Assembly (NCBI GenBank): GCA_964035575.1
Contig: OZ037836.1
Span: forward strand, 1,302,001 to 1,366,000
DNA length: 64,000 bases
DNA from: Rhynchopus sp. YZ270_cl-10
Lineage: Eukaryota
Reading direction: 5' to 3'
Under the pieces are notes generated by a model, which saw only the letters and a list, made by a program, of their open reading frames with translations, was not told the DNA's origin and ran no database searches. Within the stretch, counting starts at the first letter, position 1, and each line of letters begins with the position of its first letter. Both the position numbers and the translations under genes were made by a program. This document shows, piece after piece, positions 52,160 through 64,000 of the stretch.

Positions 52160-54332
52160 GTCTTTGTTGTGGTTTTGTGTTCTGATCTCTGTGTGGTGGT
52201 GGGGTGTGGAGGACAACAAGCCTGCAGTCCTTTTCGAGAACTTTGCCAAAGAAAAACTGTGCGAAGAAGGGCCCCTCTCCCGACCCACAACCCCCGCACC
52301 ACTCTGGGTGTAATGTATGTACGTTAGCTTTTCCTCTCATTTTTCTTGTCAGAAATATTAGAAGTCCCCCTTACAGACACACTTGTCAGTCTTACAACCA
52401 TTTTACACGCACCTGAGTGCATCATGTATCCAGCGCATGGCCTCGCACGCCACAGCTGCGCTGGACCACTGGCAGGTGGGCGTTTCATTGCAGAAGGTAC
52501 ACCCAGTCACTCTTCGGTGGGCAAGTCTGGTCGCTGTCGAAGCAGCCCTCGTCGTCTCCTCTGCAGTGATGCCATGCGCAAGACTTTCATTGTGTATCCC
52601 CAGGCATACACAAAATTATTGAGAACGTATCTGCCCCTCTCACGCACCGTTACCTGCCCCGTTCTGCACAAGAAACCCGCACAGCCTCCACGCTGTCTCC
52701 ACCCACCCCACGCAAGGAAGAACGCCAAAGGTGCTCTCGTGCTGCAACCACAGACAAGCTGAGGTGCCAGACAAATGCACGAAAGCACCCCACCGCCAGA
52801 CACAGCTTCCCCTCCCATCATCACCACAAACGATGTGGAGAACACCCAAACTCACCCACACTCACAACACTGTGCACCTCCACCTCCCACACCCAAGGAC
52901 AGCCCTGCAAAGCCATAGGTAATGCCTGTGAAGAGGCTTCTCCTTGAAGCCCTCCTTCACAAACAAACGCTGTCTTCGCATGCAGGCCCACACCCCTGCC
53001 TCCAGCACAGCCTCACTCACAAGAGTTCCCTCCACACCCCAAGCACCCCAAGCACAGCAAAGCGTGTCCTCCCCCCTCAGTCCCCCCAGTCACACCATCA
53101 AGTGAAAGCACGCCATCAGTGCATCAGAGCACACAACGGAAGCCACTCGCCTCCGTCATCACAGCTCACACCTCTTCGTGCAAGCTACCAAGAAGACAGT
53201 GAAAGACCACGTGGTGTCAGCGAGTTCAGAACGATGAATTGCAGAAAAAAAGGGGGGTTGGGCGGGGAGGTATGTTGTAATTAATAAGACATGGGTTTTT
53301 GTGGGGATTCTTTTGCAGCACAGAGTAAAATAATTTTGTTTGCCTCTAGACTACTATCACTAGATAGCAGGAACGTTTTTGTCTTCACAGGATCCTTAAA
53401 AGAGAGCAAATAGAAGGAGTACGCTTTGCAGGAGGTGTCAGAATCCTTTTTTTAATTGAAAACTTGGTTGTATTAGTGTAGCCACACTGCTACAGTATTT
53501 TGTTTTGTGATGTTTTGTTTTGGGATAATTATTTGCATTTGCACCTTTGCACAAACATGTCTGCAGTCAACTCATTTAGAGTCACCCACGTGAACGTCCT
53601 TTAGCAGACCCTGCAGAAGCTCTCGTGTTGACCTTCGGGACAAAAGAGTAAACAACTTCATGCATATTGGAGTGGCCAATCCTCCTGTAGCATGCAAAAA
53701 GGCAAGATCTTAACGAACACACTCTGTTGATTCTAAAAACGGGGGTGGGGGAAATCGCGAATAGAAAAATGGGGGGAGACATTGAAAAGTTAAAACGCTT
53801 CCTCACCCCCACATCACACTAAAATACAAAGGTTTCGGTTTGAATTGCTATTCAAAAAGTATAATAACACCTCTCGAAATAGTTCAACATTGAACTGAGA
53901 AATATAAGAGGAAAACCCCAAACCCTCCCAGACCAAACGGTCTAACCTGTTGTATTGACATAGTGTGGGGAGAATGAGGAGCACAAGAATCGTCTTCGCG
54001 CATACTAAAAGATTTCCTAAGATATGTCACAAGTGTCATGTCCCCGAAAAATAGAAATAGAGTCATTGAGTGAGAAAACATCAATAAAAAGGCGTAAAGC
54101 CTAAAGGCAGAGGAGTGAAAAGAAAGCTTCACAATGGGGACACAGCGTAACATAACACAATGTGTGGAACGTCTTGCACAGCACAGCTCTCCTCTCGCAC
54201 CAAGTAGTAGTCTGTGCCACGGTGAGCAAGACTGCGCCCTCTTCTTCTCCGAACCAGAGGACGCAAGCAGACATACTGCCAGAGACCCTCCACCTCGGGG
54301 AGGTGCTGCCCTGCCACCAACACATCACGTCG

Positions 54333-55166
54333 TCATTGTGTGTGTCTCTGTCGCTTCTGGCTTTGTTCGGGGGATTCGTCTCTGCTTCGTTTCGGACGTG
54401 CTTCAACCACAAGCTTACTTAGCTCGCTGTTCCTCACTTCGTCGGACACCTCGCTGCTGCAGCCGGAAAGGTAAATGCTCGTCAACGAAGTGCAGTTCGC
54501 AGCAAAATACTTACCTCCAATACTGGTACTAATCTGCGTCACATTGCTGAGTGGTGACAGATCCAGGGTCGTTAAGCTGGTGCAGCTCGCAAGGAAGCTC
54601 ACACCAACCTGCGGCACGTTGCTAAGTGGTGATAAATCGACGTTGGTTAAGCTCGTGCAGCCGGCAAGGAAGCAGTTACCAACCTCCGTCACATTGCTCA
54701 ACCCAGACAGGTCGACCCTTGTCAACGAGGTGCAGCCTGCCAGGAAGCTGTGACCAATGCGAGTCACAATGGACTCAGCACTGAGATCAAGTCTCGTCAA
54801 CGAAGTGCCTCCCAAGAACCAAGTCGGAATGACAGTGGTAACCTCCGCCTGCAGAAGCAAACACGCCACCTCAGGATCCCTCACACTCTTCAACTTCTCG
54901 GCTGTGATGTCGGTCACACCCAACGCATGAAGCTCTGCAATGGCTTCGTACTTCTTCGTTTTCGTGAGGATGATTGTGTCACCAGCACTCAGCTGCGTCA
55001 TGTCCGCTCCTTCTCCCATCGCTTCGTCTCCAAAACTCATGTAAAAGCTGTCTTCAGGCAACCCCATTGCAGACGCCACCTTCCGCCGCAAGTCCTCCAC
55101 TGTGTCATCTTCACCCACCTCGACTGTGTGCTGATTCGTGTCGAAACCCTTGATGTTCACGTCCAT
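54333..55166 (-). CDS. UBL-LRR protein copy 5 (277 aa, ~5 LRR units)
   Basis: Start MDVNIKGFDTN at 55166. Confidence 0.9.
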   Translation of the reverse strand: MDVNIKGFDTNQHTVEVGEDDTVEDLRRKVASAMGLPEDSFYMSFGDEAMGEGADMTQLSAGDTIILTKTKKYEAIAELHALGVTDITAEKLKSVRDPEVACLLLQAEVTTVIPTWFLGGTSLTRLDLSAESIVTRIGHSFLAGCTSLTRVDLSGLSNVTEVGNCFLAGCTSLTNVDLSPLSNVPQVGVSFLASCTSLTTLDLSPLSNVTQISTSIGGKYFAANCTSLTSIYLSGCSSEVSDEVRNSELSKLVVEARPKRSRDESPEQSQKRQRHTQ

Positions 55167-57074
55167 GTCTTTGTTGTGGTTTTGTGCTCTGATCTCTGTG
55201 TGTGGTGGTGGGGTGTGGAGGACAACAAGCCTGCAGTCCTTTTCAATGAAGGGTTGAAGGGGAGGGGTTCTTTGAGTGGTCAGCAAAGTGTGAAGAAATA
55301 AAGTGGCTTAGAATGGGTGGGTAGGCAGACACACTTTGCAAGGCTCTCTCACTTTTTGTGCTAAGAATAGCTTTTTCTCCACGCCCGCACAGCACGCCTA
55401 GAGGGAGTGGGGGGAAGCAGAACACTTTTGAAAGATGAACCTGAGCCTCTCGTACTCAGTCACCTTTAGTCACAACCTTGAAGTCCAAAACAAAATAGGG
55501 GAGTCCTGAGGTAAAGGGGGAAAGACGTTTTGAATCATCGACAAAAAAATAAAGAAAGAAAAGCCCGCGTGCACAGCCCTCCCCCTTCCGCCCTTCAACA
55601 AGGTTAGATTCGTTGCCTTCGTTTCAAATAAGAACAGTTTGTCAGGTGAGCCTAAGCCTCTCGTGCTTAGTCACCTTGAGCACAAACGTTGTCGTATGAA
55701 AACAAAGTGTGCACGGACAAGACAAGAAAGGCACCAGCGGGAGGGCAGGGGGGCATGAGCTATAGCTACTTGAATGTCGACAACAATTGCCACCTCCCCA
55801 AAAAAGGGGTTAGATTTGGGTAAAGAAAGAGCAGTTGAAACTAAAATACAGCTCGGTCGTGCTCATGCAAAGGGTGGGTGTGAGTGGTCCGTACCGTAAA
55901 AGAACGGAGGCGGTTCACAACCACTCGGAAAAAGGCTAGATTTGTCTCAAAGAAAGGTTTACAAGATGAACCTAAGCAAAAAAAAGTTATATGCAACATC
56001 GAGCAGTGGGAAACATCCACCGGATGTAAAAATATATTTAAAAGAAGTTAGCGAACTGAGGAAACAGTGAAATGCAACACAGCAACTGCAGCGGAGTTCA
56101 CAGTAATCTCGTGAACTCAAGATGGCTGATGGCACTGCAGGGTTGCATGCATCCAGTTATTCCAGGCAGCCACAGGACTGGAAGATACATGCAACAAAAA
56201 TAAGAAATACTATCACGTTTGATCTGCCAAGGACGCAACTAAAGACCTCATCACTTGCACGGCCTCCAACACAATGTGTGGAACGTCTTGCTCAGCACAG
56301 CTCTCCTCTCGCACCAAGTAGTAGTCTGTGCCACGGTGAGCAAGACTGTGCCCCTCTTCTTCTCCGAACCAGAGGACGCAAGCAGACATACTGCCAGAGA
56401 CCCTCCACCTCGGGGAGGTGCTGCCCTGCCACCAACACACCACGTCGTCATTGTGCGTGTCTCTGTCACTTCTGGCTTTGTTCGGGGGATTCGTCTCTGC
56501 TTCGTTTCGGACGTGCTTCAACTACAAGCTTACTCAGCTTCATGTCGTTCCTCACTTCGTTGGACACAACACTGCTGCAGCCGGAAAGGTAAATCCTCGT
56601 CAACGAAGTGCAGTTCGCAGCAAAATACGTAACTCCAAATAACACACGAATAAACGTCACATTGCTGAGTGGAGATAAATCTAGGGTAGTTAAGCTGCTG
56701 CAGTTCTCAAGGAAGCACGCACCAACCTCCGTCACCTTGTGGAGTGGTGATAAATCGATGTTGGTTAAGCTCTTGCAGCTTTCAAGAAAGTTGCCATCAA
56801 TCTGCGTCACATTGCTGAGTGGTGACACATCCAGCGTAGTTAAGCAGCTGCACTTCTCAAGGAAGTTCGAACGAACGTGCGTCACCTTGCTGAGTGGTGA
56901 TAAATCTACGTTGCGTAAGCTCGTGCATCCGGCAAGAAAGCTGTGATCAATCTGCGTCACGTTGCTGAGTGGTGACAAACCCAGGGTCGTTAAGCTGATG
57001 CATTTCTGAAGGAAGCACGCACCAACCTGCGTCACATTGCTCAACCCAGAGAGGTCGACACTTGTCAACGAGAT

Positions 57075-57686
57075 ATTAAACTTGAAAAACGTGATCCACC
57101 CCCGCAAAAAGAAAAACCAGCAAAAGGGAAGGATGGCACCACGGTGTGCCAGAGAGTGGCTTGATCCCATTTGCTGACTTATACCCAACAAAGAAGCGAC
57201 ACCTAAGTGAACAGGGGCCGTATACCACCGCTGGTGGCCTAGGTCAGTATATAAGCCAGTTCAAGGTCCGCACTCTGGCAGCGTCAAAAGAAATAAACAA
57301 CAATAAAACCACCAGTCATTCCAATGGGAGGAACGAATGACTGGCATCTCCTAATTCTCTAAACTGCGGTGAGTGGAACACCCAACTGATGCAAACCACT
57401 GCCGCAGGTTAGCACCTACAAAAAGCAAAGAAAAGCAAAGAAAAGAAAAGCAAAAGCTGTGCATGGTCGTAAAGTAGGTGCAGGGTCGCTTAAATCCCTG
57501 AGGGCACAAAAAGCCCAGCATACACCTCCTCCAGTTGCTTTGGACCCTCCAGTATCATGTGCCCGGGTTTGCAAAAGTGCAATGCAACCATCCCACGCGT
57601 GGCCTTCGTTCACTCAAAAAAGAGATTATATCCGGGGACGCCAGGGCAAAAATGCCGGGGGGCTGCCACCTCACGTTTTTGTCCCC
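57075..57686 (-). mobile_element. 612-bp SINE-like retroposon with a 20-bp TSD
   Basis: TCGACACTTGTCAACGAGAT is duplicated at 57055-57074 and 57687-57706. Confidence 0.88.
57597..57686 (-). ncRNA. HDV-like self-cleaving ribozyme candidate at the retroposon 5' end
   Basis: P1 GGGGAC/GUCCCC, P2 GUGGC/GCCAC, P3 GCC/GGC, GG after P1 able to pair with CC in L3, P4 CUC/GAG, and J4/2 CGAAG. The element starts exactly at the first G of P1. Confidence 0.7.
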
Positions 57687-57878
57687 TCGACACTTGTCAA
57701 CGAGATGCAGCCTGCCAGGAACCAGTCTCCAATGCGAGTCACAATGGACTCAGCACTGAGATCAAGTCTCGTCAACGAAGTGCATGACAAGAACCAACCC
57801 GGAATGACAGTCGCAACCTCCGCCTGCAGAAGCAAACACGCCACCTCAGGATCCTCCACCTCCTCCAACCTCTCTGGC

Positions 57879-58484
57879 TATAAACGTTTTTAAAAATAGG
57901 ATGGAACACCCCGTTCCGAAGAGGAATGCAGCCACCCCGAAAAAGTGGGGGTGTGTCGCCAGTCTGCGGTGAGAAACTCCTCCCTGAGTCAAAACTGCCG
58001 CTGGTTAGCGCTGGCTAAGGTTCCCTTTTCACCCGGTCACAATCGAGTCTCGCTCCGTCGGCGTTGACTGCACTGCAAAGCCCCTTGGTCCACCGTCGTA
58101 AAAAGACACCACAAAAAGCGTAGGTAGGTGGGGGACCGGCAGGTTACAGACAGAGGCAGTACGGAGCTAAGGTGTCGGCGGTCGCGGGTTGCCGTGGAGG
58201 CCTGCCCCCCGTGGAGGTCTTGGGATCTGGGAGTTTTGTGGAAGTAATCGGCTCAGAGTACCCTGCATTCCATGCACGACTCGAGCTCCTTGTGGTAGGA
58301 TATTGGGGTCCCGGGAAGCACCCTTCGCCCCGAGGTCCCACCACCCCAGACAGTTTGTAGGTCTAAAAGCACAACGTACTTGTCCAGGACCTGGCCGCTC
58401 TTGGGTTCTCTCGAAAAAAAGATACTAATCCCGTACGCCCGTGCACCGCAAAAATGTGCTATGGGGGGCGGTCCGCCGTCGGGT
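57879..58484 (-). mobile_element. 606-bp SINE-like retroposon with an 18-bp TSD and a degenerate HDV-like/ingi-signature-like 5' end (~58392-58484)
   Basis: TCCTCCAACCTCTCTGGC is duplicated at 57861-57878 and 58485-58502. The 5' end reads CCCGACG...CGTACGGG-ATTAGTA-stem-GAACCCAAGAGC. Confidence 0.85.
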
Positions 58485-60115
58485 TCCTCCAACCTCTCTG
58501 GCGTCAGGTCGGTCACACCCAACGCATGAAGCTCTGCAATGGCTTCTTGCTTCTTCGTTTTCGTGAGGATGATTGTGTCACCAGCACTCAGCTGCGTCAT
58601 GTCCGCTCCTTCTCCCATCGCTTCGTCTCCGAAACTCATGCAAAAGCTGTCTTCAGGCAACCCCATTGCAGACGCCACCTTCCGCCGCAAGCCCTCCACT
58701 GTGTCATCTTCACCCACCTTGACTGTGTGCTGATTCGTGTCGAAACCCTTGATGTTCAGGTCCATGTCTTTGTTGTGGTTTTGTGTTCTGATCTCTGTGT
58801 GTGGTGGTGGGGTGTGGAGGACAACAAGCCTGCAGTCCCTTTCGAGAACCTTGCCAAAGAAAAACTGTGCGAAGAAGGGCCCCTCTCCCCGACCCACAAC
58901 CCCCGCACCACTCTGGGTGTAATGTATGTACGTTAGCTTTTCCTCTCATTTTTCTTGTCAGAAATATTAGAAGTCCCCCTTACAGGCACACTTGTAAGTC
59001 TTACAACCATTTTACACGCACCTGAGTGCATCATGTATCCATCAAACACCTGGCTGGCTTACTCACACAACAACAACAACAAAAATGAAAAGAGCTGCAA
59101 CCCGCCACCATCCAGGAGGATGCGGACACGGCAAGCACGTCATGTACTCGGTAAGGCTCAGCAACAACAGTGATGCACATCTGTGCGATCAAGCTGCGTA
59201 AGTTCCCGAGCCAAGCAAGCAGAACGGGAATTCCTTTACAAAGGCAGTCATTTGTGGCGGGAGTAGATGACCTGTCCGAAGATCGACATTGTACAGCTGC
59301 ACAATCAGCAGAACTGAAAACCCCAGAGGGGAAACGTACCACCAACGCCACCACGCCCACGAAGACTGCAGCCCCGAAAGACACGACCGCTCCCGGAGGG
59401 GAAAAGGTGAAGAGAGTAGACGAGCCAGACGTGACCTACTACAGGAAGAGCGAGAGCGCTGAGTGCCCATCATTATCTCTTTCACATCGCGAGCGGGATG
59501 CCGCACCCTCACCTCCTGCCACCTACAACAGACCTTCCACTACACTACACTGTCATATGTGACAGGGAAAGCAGCCTCTCGCCACCCGGGAGTACGAGCG
59601 GGTGTTCCAGATTCCTCTTTCGCCAGATTACATTTACCACAAAGCTGGCTGTTCGCGTAGAAGAGGGACATCGTGCAGGTGAAGGTGGGCCTGCGGGAGA
59701 AGCTCATGGTGGACACGGTGTCCCCGACACCATGGGCAACGCTGTTCAACGTCCCGAAGCACGACGTCACACTGGAGGACTCTGCAATACAAGAAAAGAT
59801 AATCACGTACCGCATCAACCCAGCACATCAGCGATTACTTCCTTCTCCTACTCAGCGCACTCTGAACGCATGAAGGCCGCACTGCAATCTGGCAATGGTG
59901 GGAGGCAGAGGGAGTGGCGGGATGACCAGCATCCAGAGCAACACGCTGCGCCTGGCCGTCACTACGCTAGAGACAGACCTGCAAGGTGGAAACCCCGCAC
60001 CCACCACTGCCGCCACACCGCCACACCCGACACCTCCCCCACGACACAACACCAGCACCACGCCCGCAAACACTCCTCTCCAGCAGATCGGGGAGTACGA
60101 AGAGGCTGGCAGTAA

Positions 60116-60262
60116 CCTCAGCCTCCTCAGCCTCCTCAGCCTCCTCAGCCTCCTCAGCCTCCTCAGCCTCCTCAGCCTCCTCAGCCTCCTCAGCCTCCTC
60201 AGCCTCCTCAGCCTCCTCAGCCTCCTCAGCCTCCTCAGCCTCCTCAGCCTCCTCAGCCTCCT
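60116..60262. repeat. (CCTCAGCCT)n 9-bp tandem repeat, ~16 copies
   Basis: Directly visible. Confidence 0.97.
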
Positions 60263-63200
60263 TCACGATCTTCCCCCAGAGGTGAGTGTCCAGGCAGTCT
60301 ATGGTCGAAGCTGACAATCGAGCACATCAAAGGGAACACAACCTGCAAGGAAGACCTCAAGCCCTACCTCCTGCGCAAAGCCCAGAAGCCTGCAACCCTG
60401 CTGCGCTAATGAATGGCACTACATCCGACGGAACTTCAATCACAGTTCTGGCAAACGGAGCCGTCATATCCGTTGTGCTTCGACTACTGGCGGCCAAGGC
60501 GTGCTGTAGCTCTGCAATGGGTTTCATGCGTCATGTCGCGACTTCAGATCTCACCTCTCCATCCCCTCTCCCTGAACCAGCGCCCTTCACAGACGTTCCC
60601 TCCTCACGAAAGCAAACCCACCTTCCCCTGCCCCTCTCACGCACCGTTACCTGCCCCGTTCTGCACAAGAAACCCGCACAGCCTCCACGCTGTCTCCACC
60701 CACCCCACGCAAGGAAGAACGCCAAAGGTGCTCTCGTGCTGCAACCACAGACAAGCTGAGGTGCCAGACAAATGCACGAAAGCACCCCACCGCCAGACAC
60801 AGCTTCCCCTCCCATCATCACCACAAAACGATCGAGGGAAGCACCACACCCAAACCCCCCCACACTCACAACACTGTGCACCTCCACCTCCCACACCCAA
60901 GGACAGCCCTGCAAAGCCATAGGTAATGCCTGTGAAGAGGCTTCTCCTTGAAGCCCTCCTTCACAAACAAACGCTGTCTTCGCATGCAGGCCCACACCCC
61001 TGCCTCCAGCACAGCCTCACTCACAAGAGTTCCCTCCACACCCCAAGCACCCCAAGCACCCCAAGCACAGCAAAGCGCGTCCTCCCCCCTGAGTCCCCCC
61101 AGTCACATCATCAAGTGAAAGCACGCGAGCAGTGCATCAGCACACTCGCCTCCGTCATCACACCTCACACCTCTTCGTGCAAGCTACCAAGAAGACAGTG
61201 AAAGACCACGTGGTGTTAACGAGTTCAGAGTGATGAATTGCAGAAAAAAAGGGGGGTTGGGCGGGGAGGTACGTTGTAATGAACAAGACATGGGTTTTTG
61301 CGGGGATTCTTTTGCAGCACAGCGTAACATAATTGTGTTTGCTAAAAAATTACTATCATTTTATTTCCCAACCCAACAACAATGATAAAGTATACTATCA
61401 ATGTAGTATCACTAGATATGGTTGTACAAAGTACTCGACGAGTAACGAGTACTCGAAAACGAAAAAAAATAGGCCACTCGACACTCAAGTGTAAAGGGTG
61501 TGACGGGTATATAATGTGGTGGAACTGTGGTGGTGGGGGTGGGTTGTGCTATTCAAAAAGTTGTGAAATGCAGGGGGGTTGTTTTCTTGTATTTGAAGTA
61601 TCGAAGATACTCCGCACTGTGCGGCCTTTGAGACTAACGAACCAATGAAGCGCCCTGCCTCGAAAATGTATTTTCATCACAATATTATGCAATCAATACA
61701 TTGATAGTATATGGTGAGGGATCAACAAAAATGGTCCCATCTTTCCTTTTATGGTGTGTGTTTTGCAAAACGTAGAAAAGAAAAGTAAAATGCTTCGTGC
61801 ACAAGTTGAAACTTCAGTAGATTGGTTTCCGACATTAACCCTGTTTCAGTCCTAAGAATCATACAGTTGTATTCAAAAGGGTGGACATCTTCAGTGATTT
61901 CCCTTTAAATGGTGGGTGAATATCGTGAAACCGATGTTCGTGTGAACATTTGGTACCTTCTACTTTAGTTTTTTGCTTCGGGAATACACAAAATACAAAA
62001 AGTTTGGGGAATAGTCAGTTATGCCCTACCCTTTTTTTGAAATGGTCAGAGATACCCGAAAATAAGTTCAGATATACCCGAAAACCAGAAATAGGGCATA
62101 ACTGACTATATCTGAACTTATTTTCGGGTATTTGAACTTATTTTCGGGTATATCTGAACTTTTTCCGGGTATCTCTGAACTTATTTGGGGTACCCACTTA
62201 TTTGGGGGTACCCCCTTTGATTTTTTGCCCAGTGGGTGAGTGACCCACCATGAGGGAATGCGACAGCAGAGACAGTATTGAAGCAGCATGGTATGATTTT
62301 CACCCCTCTACCCCACACACAGTTACTTTTAGTGGGGGTAAATACCCGCAAACCCGCAAACCCTTATACATGGTCCCTCGCTTCGCTTGGGAACCATTAG
62401 TGCAGCAGGAAACTCTCTGTAGCGTGAAAAAAGGCTACCTTATTTCGCGGAAATACATAGTTATTACCACTTTTTTCATTAACCTCACCCTTCCCGACTA
62501 CTGCGTTTGTACACCATACTTAATCACACCCCACATTTACACTCATCACAGGATCGTGAAATCTGAACTGCATCCGTGATTGCGATGAGCGCCGCTCTCC
62601 GACATTCAACAACTCAAAATACAAGGCTTCACCCAAATCAATCTATTCTAGATTTGTTTGTGGACGAAGACCTGGGGGTGGGAACACTTTGTCAGTCACT
62701 GCTATTGCCATTAACCCAGGGAGCATAGCTAGTGCAAGAAATTCGACTTTGGAAACCTTCCGGAAAGTCTGTCCTCTGCTTACGGAGGACGAGGCACAAG
62801 AAAATATTGCGTTCCCCCAGAAAACCAGTGCACATTTCACACTCCTTGTGGGTGGTCTTGTTGCCTTTTTTGTCAAGTAATTTTGGCCCAGGCATGCTCT
62901 CGAAGCATGACAATTTAGTGTGTATGGGGCAGGGTGTTGTTTTGTTCTGAATTCTCTTTGTTATAACATCTAAGTCAATCGCGGGTGGTGGTTTGTGTAG
63001 CGTGAGGCACTCTTTTTAGCAAACTTCCTGCGGCTGCTAAAGTGTTATTTCTTCGGATTTAACAACGTACAGCGTAACATAGTGGTTTAGCCTGGTCGAC
63101 ACAACCTTTGATAGATATGGGATAACCAACCCCCTTCGACCCCTCGTGGGTTCACTGAACAAGCCCTCGTGGTAGTTAAACGCGATTGACATTTACATTT

Positions 63201-63872
63201 CTTAGAGATGAAAGAACAAGATAACACTTCTGTACCCGCGCATCAAAATTGTGGAAAACTTTGCACCCCAAACACCCTCAACAACGCCCGCCAAAAGGCG
63301 CCCCTTGTTGCTGGGAGTTGGTTCTCATGATACCTGCACAGCGGGCATTCCTCTGAGTCCAACGCATGTTTGGCCTGTCTGCGGCGTTGTACTTCAGGTG
63401 CACGAAGACAGGGTCTGGTGGTAAATTTTGCGTAGTACTGCGACGTAGTGCTGCGTGGGTCTGGAAACCTGGGTACCTGGGTACAGGAAATTTGTTGTGG
63501 AAGACATCAACCACCATGCATTGAGGAGGGTAAGACAGTGTTCGCAGTTTCTACCTGATAGCATTACAACATTTAACTTCTCCACGGGGGTCTTGGGCCG
63601 TTCACTCGGTTCTACCTTGACTACCGGAAGATATTCTTGAGGCCTTTTTGGTCTCTAGAATATCCGGTCTTCCCGAACGGAGGCACACTTTGTGTGTTAC
63701 TACGACCTGGCAATTTCCAGCAGTAGGTTAAGTAATCTTTCTTGTAAATTGTTGGAACATTATCTCCTCAGTGCATGAATGCCCCACGTGACTGGACACT
63801 TTTGTGTTTGTCATGTGGAGCTGTGGTTGCTCTTTCACGACTTTTTTCCTGTTCCTGGGTACCTGTTCCTGG

Positions 63873-64000
63873 ACCTGGGTACCTGGGTACCTGGGTACCT
63901 GGGTACCTGGGTACCTGGGTACCTGGGTACCTGGGTACCTGGGTACCTGGGTACCTGGGTACCTGGGTACCTGGGTACCTGGGTACCTGGGTACCTGGGT
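63873..64000. repeat. (ACCTGGGT)n 8-bp tandem repeat running off the window
   Basis: Directly visible. Short copies also occur at ~11593 and ~63467. Confidence 0.95.

Larger units (their letters stand above)
56466..58765 (-). pseudogene. UBL-LRR copy 6 (~8 LRR units) interrupted by two retroposon insertions
   Basis: Segments 58765-58485, 57878-57687 and 57074-56466 are colinear with intact copies once the insertions and one copy of each TSD are removed. Confidence 0.88.

Noticed and set aside
57075..58484. Insertions interpreted as introns
   Set aside because: They have no GT-AG ends at the insertion boundaries, and the long TSDs and 5' ribozyme-like folds fit retroposons better. Non-canonical splicing cannot be excluded without RNA data.
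59040..60540. GC-rich segment with several plus-strand ORFs
   Set aside because: The frames are fragmented by stops and show no recognisable domain. At best it is a decayed gene.
63278..63517. PFGG motif suggesting a PIF1/Helitron helicase
   Set aside because: No flanking helicase motifs, and the frame is not conserved in the homologous copy at ~11350-11610.
63873..64000. Possible telomere repeat
   Set aside because: The same motif occurs internally within a dispersed repeat (~11593, ~63467), and the window end is not known to be a chromosome end.

Overview
This is eukaryotic, repeat-rich genomic DNA. A protist, possibly a euglenozoan such as a diplonemid, is inferred from the co-oriented genes, a VIPER/TATE-like element and ingi-like retroposon signatures, but this is not proven. 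All recognisable host genes lie on the minus strand: (i) six copies of a ubiquitin-like + BspA-type LRR + NLS-like gene with variable repeat number and hypervariable residues, (ii) an intronless 1117-aa signal peptide/CUB-like x4/WD40 gene, and (iii) a spliced Pin4/Cip1-like RRM-R3H gene. Mobile elements dominate the rest. They include a 5'-truncated LINE with archaeal-type RNase H and a gag-YR-RT/RH tyrosine-recombinase retrotransposon inserted in (TG)n, followed by a head-to-tail pair of ~355-bp mini-derivatives that preserve the predicted circle junction. There are also two ~610-bp retroposons with long TSDs and 5' HDV-like ribozyme folds, a piggyBac remnant carrying a chain of nested MITEs and microsatellites, many other MITEs, and GCGAAGC-centred palindromes with a Crypton-like YR fragment.
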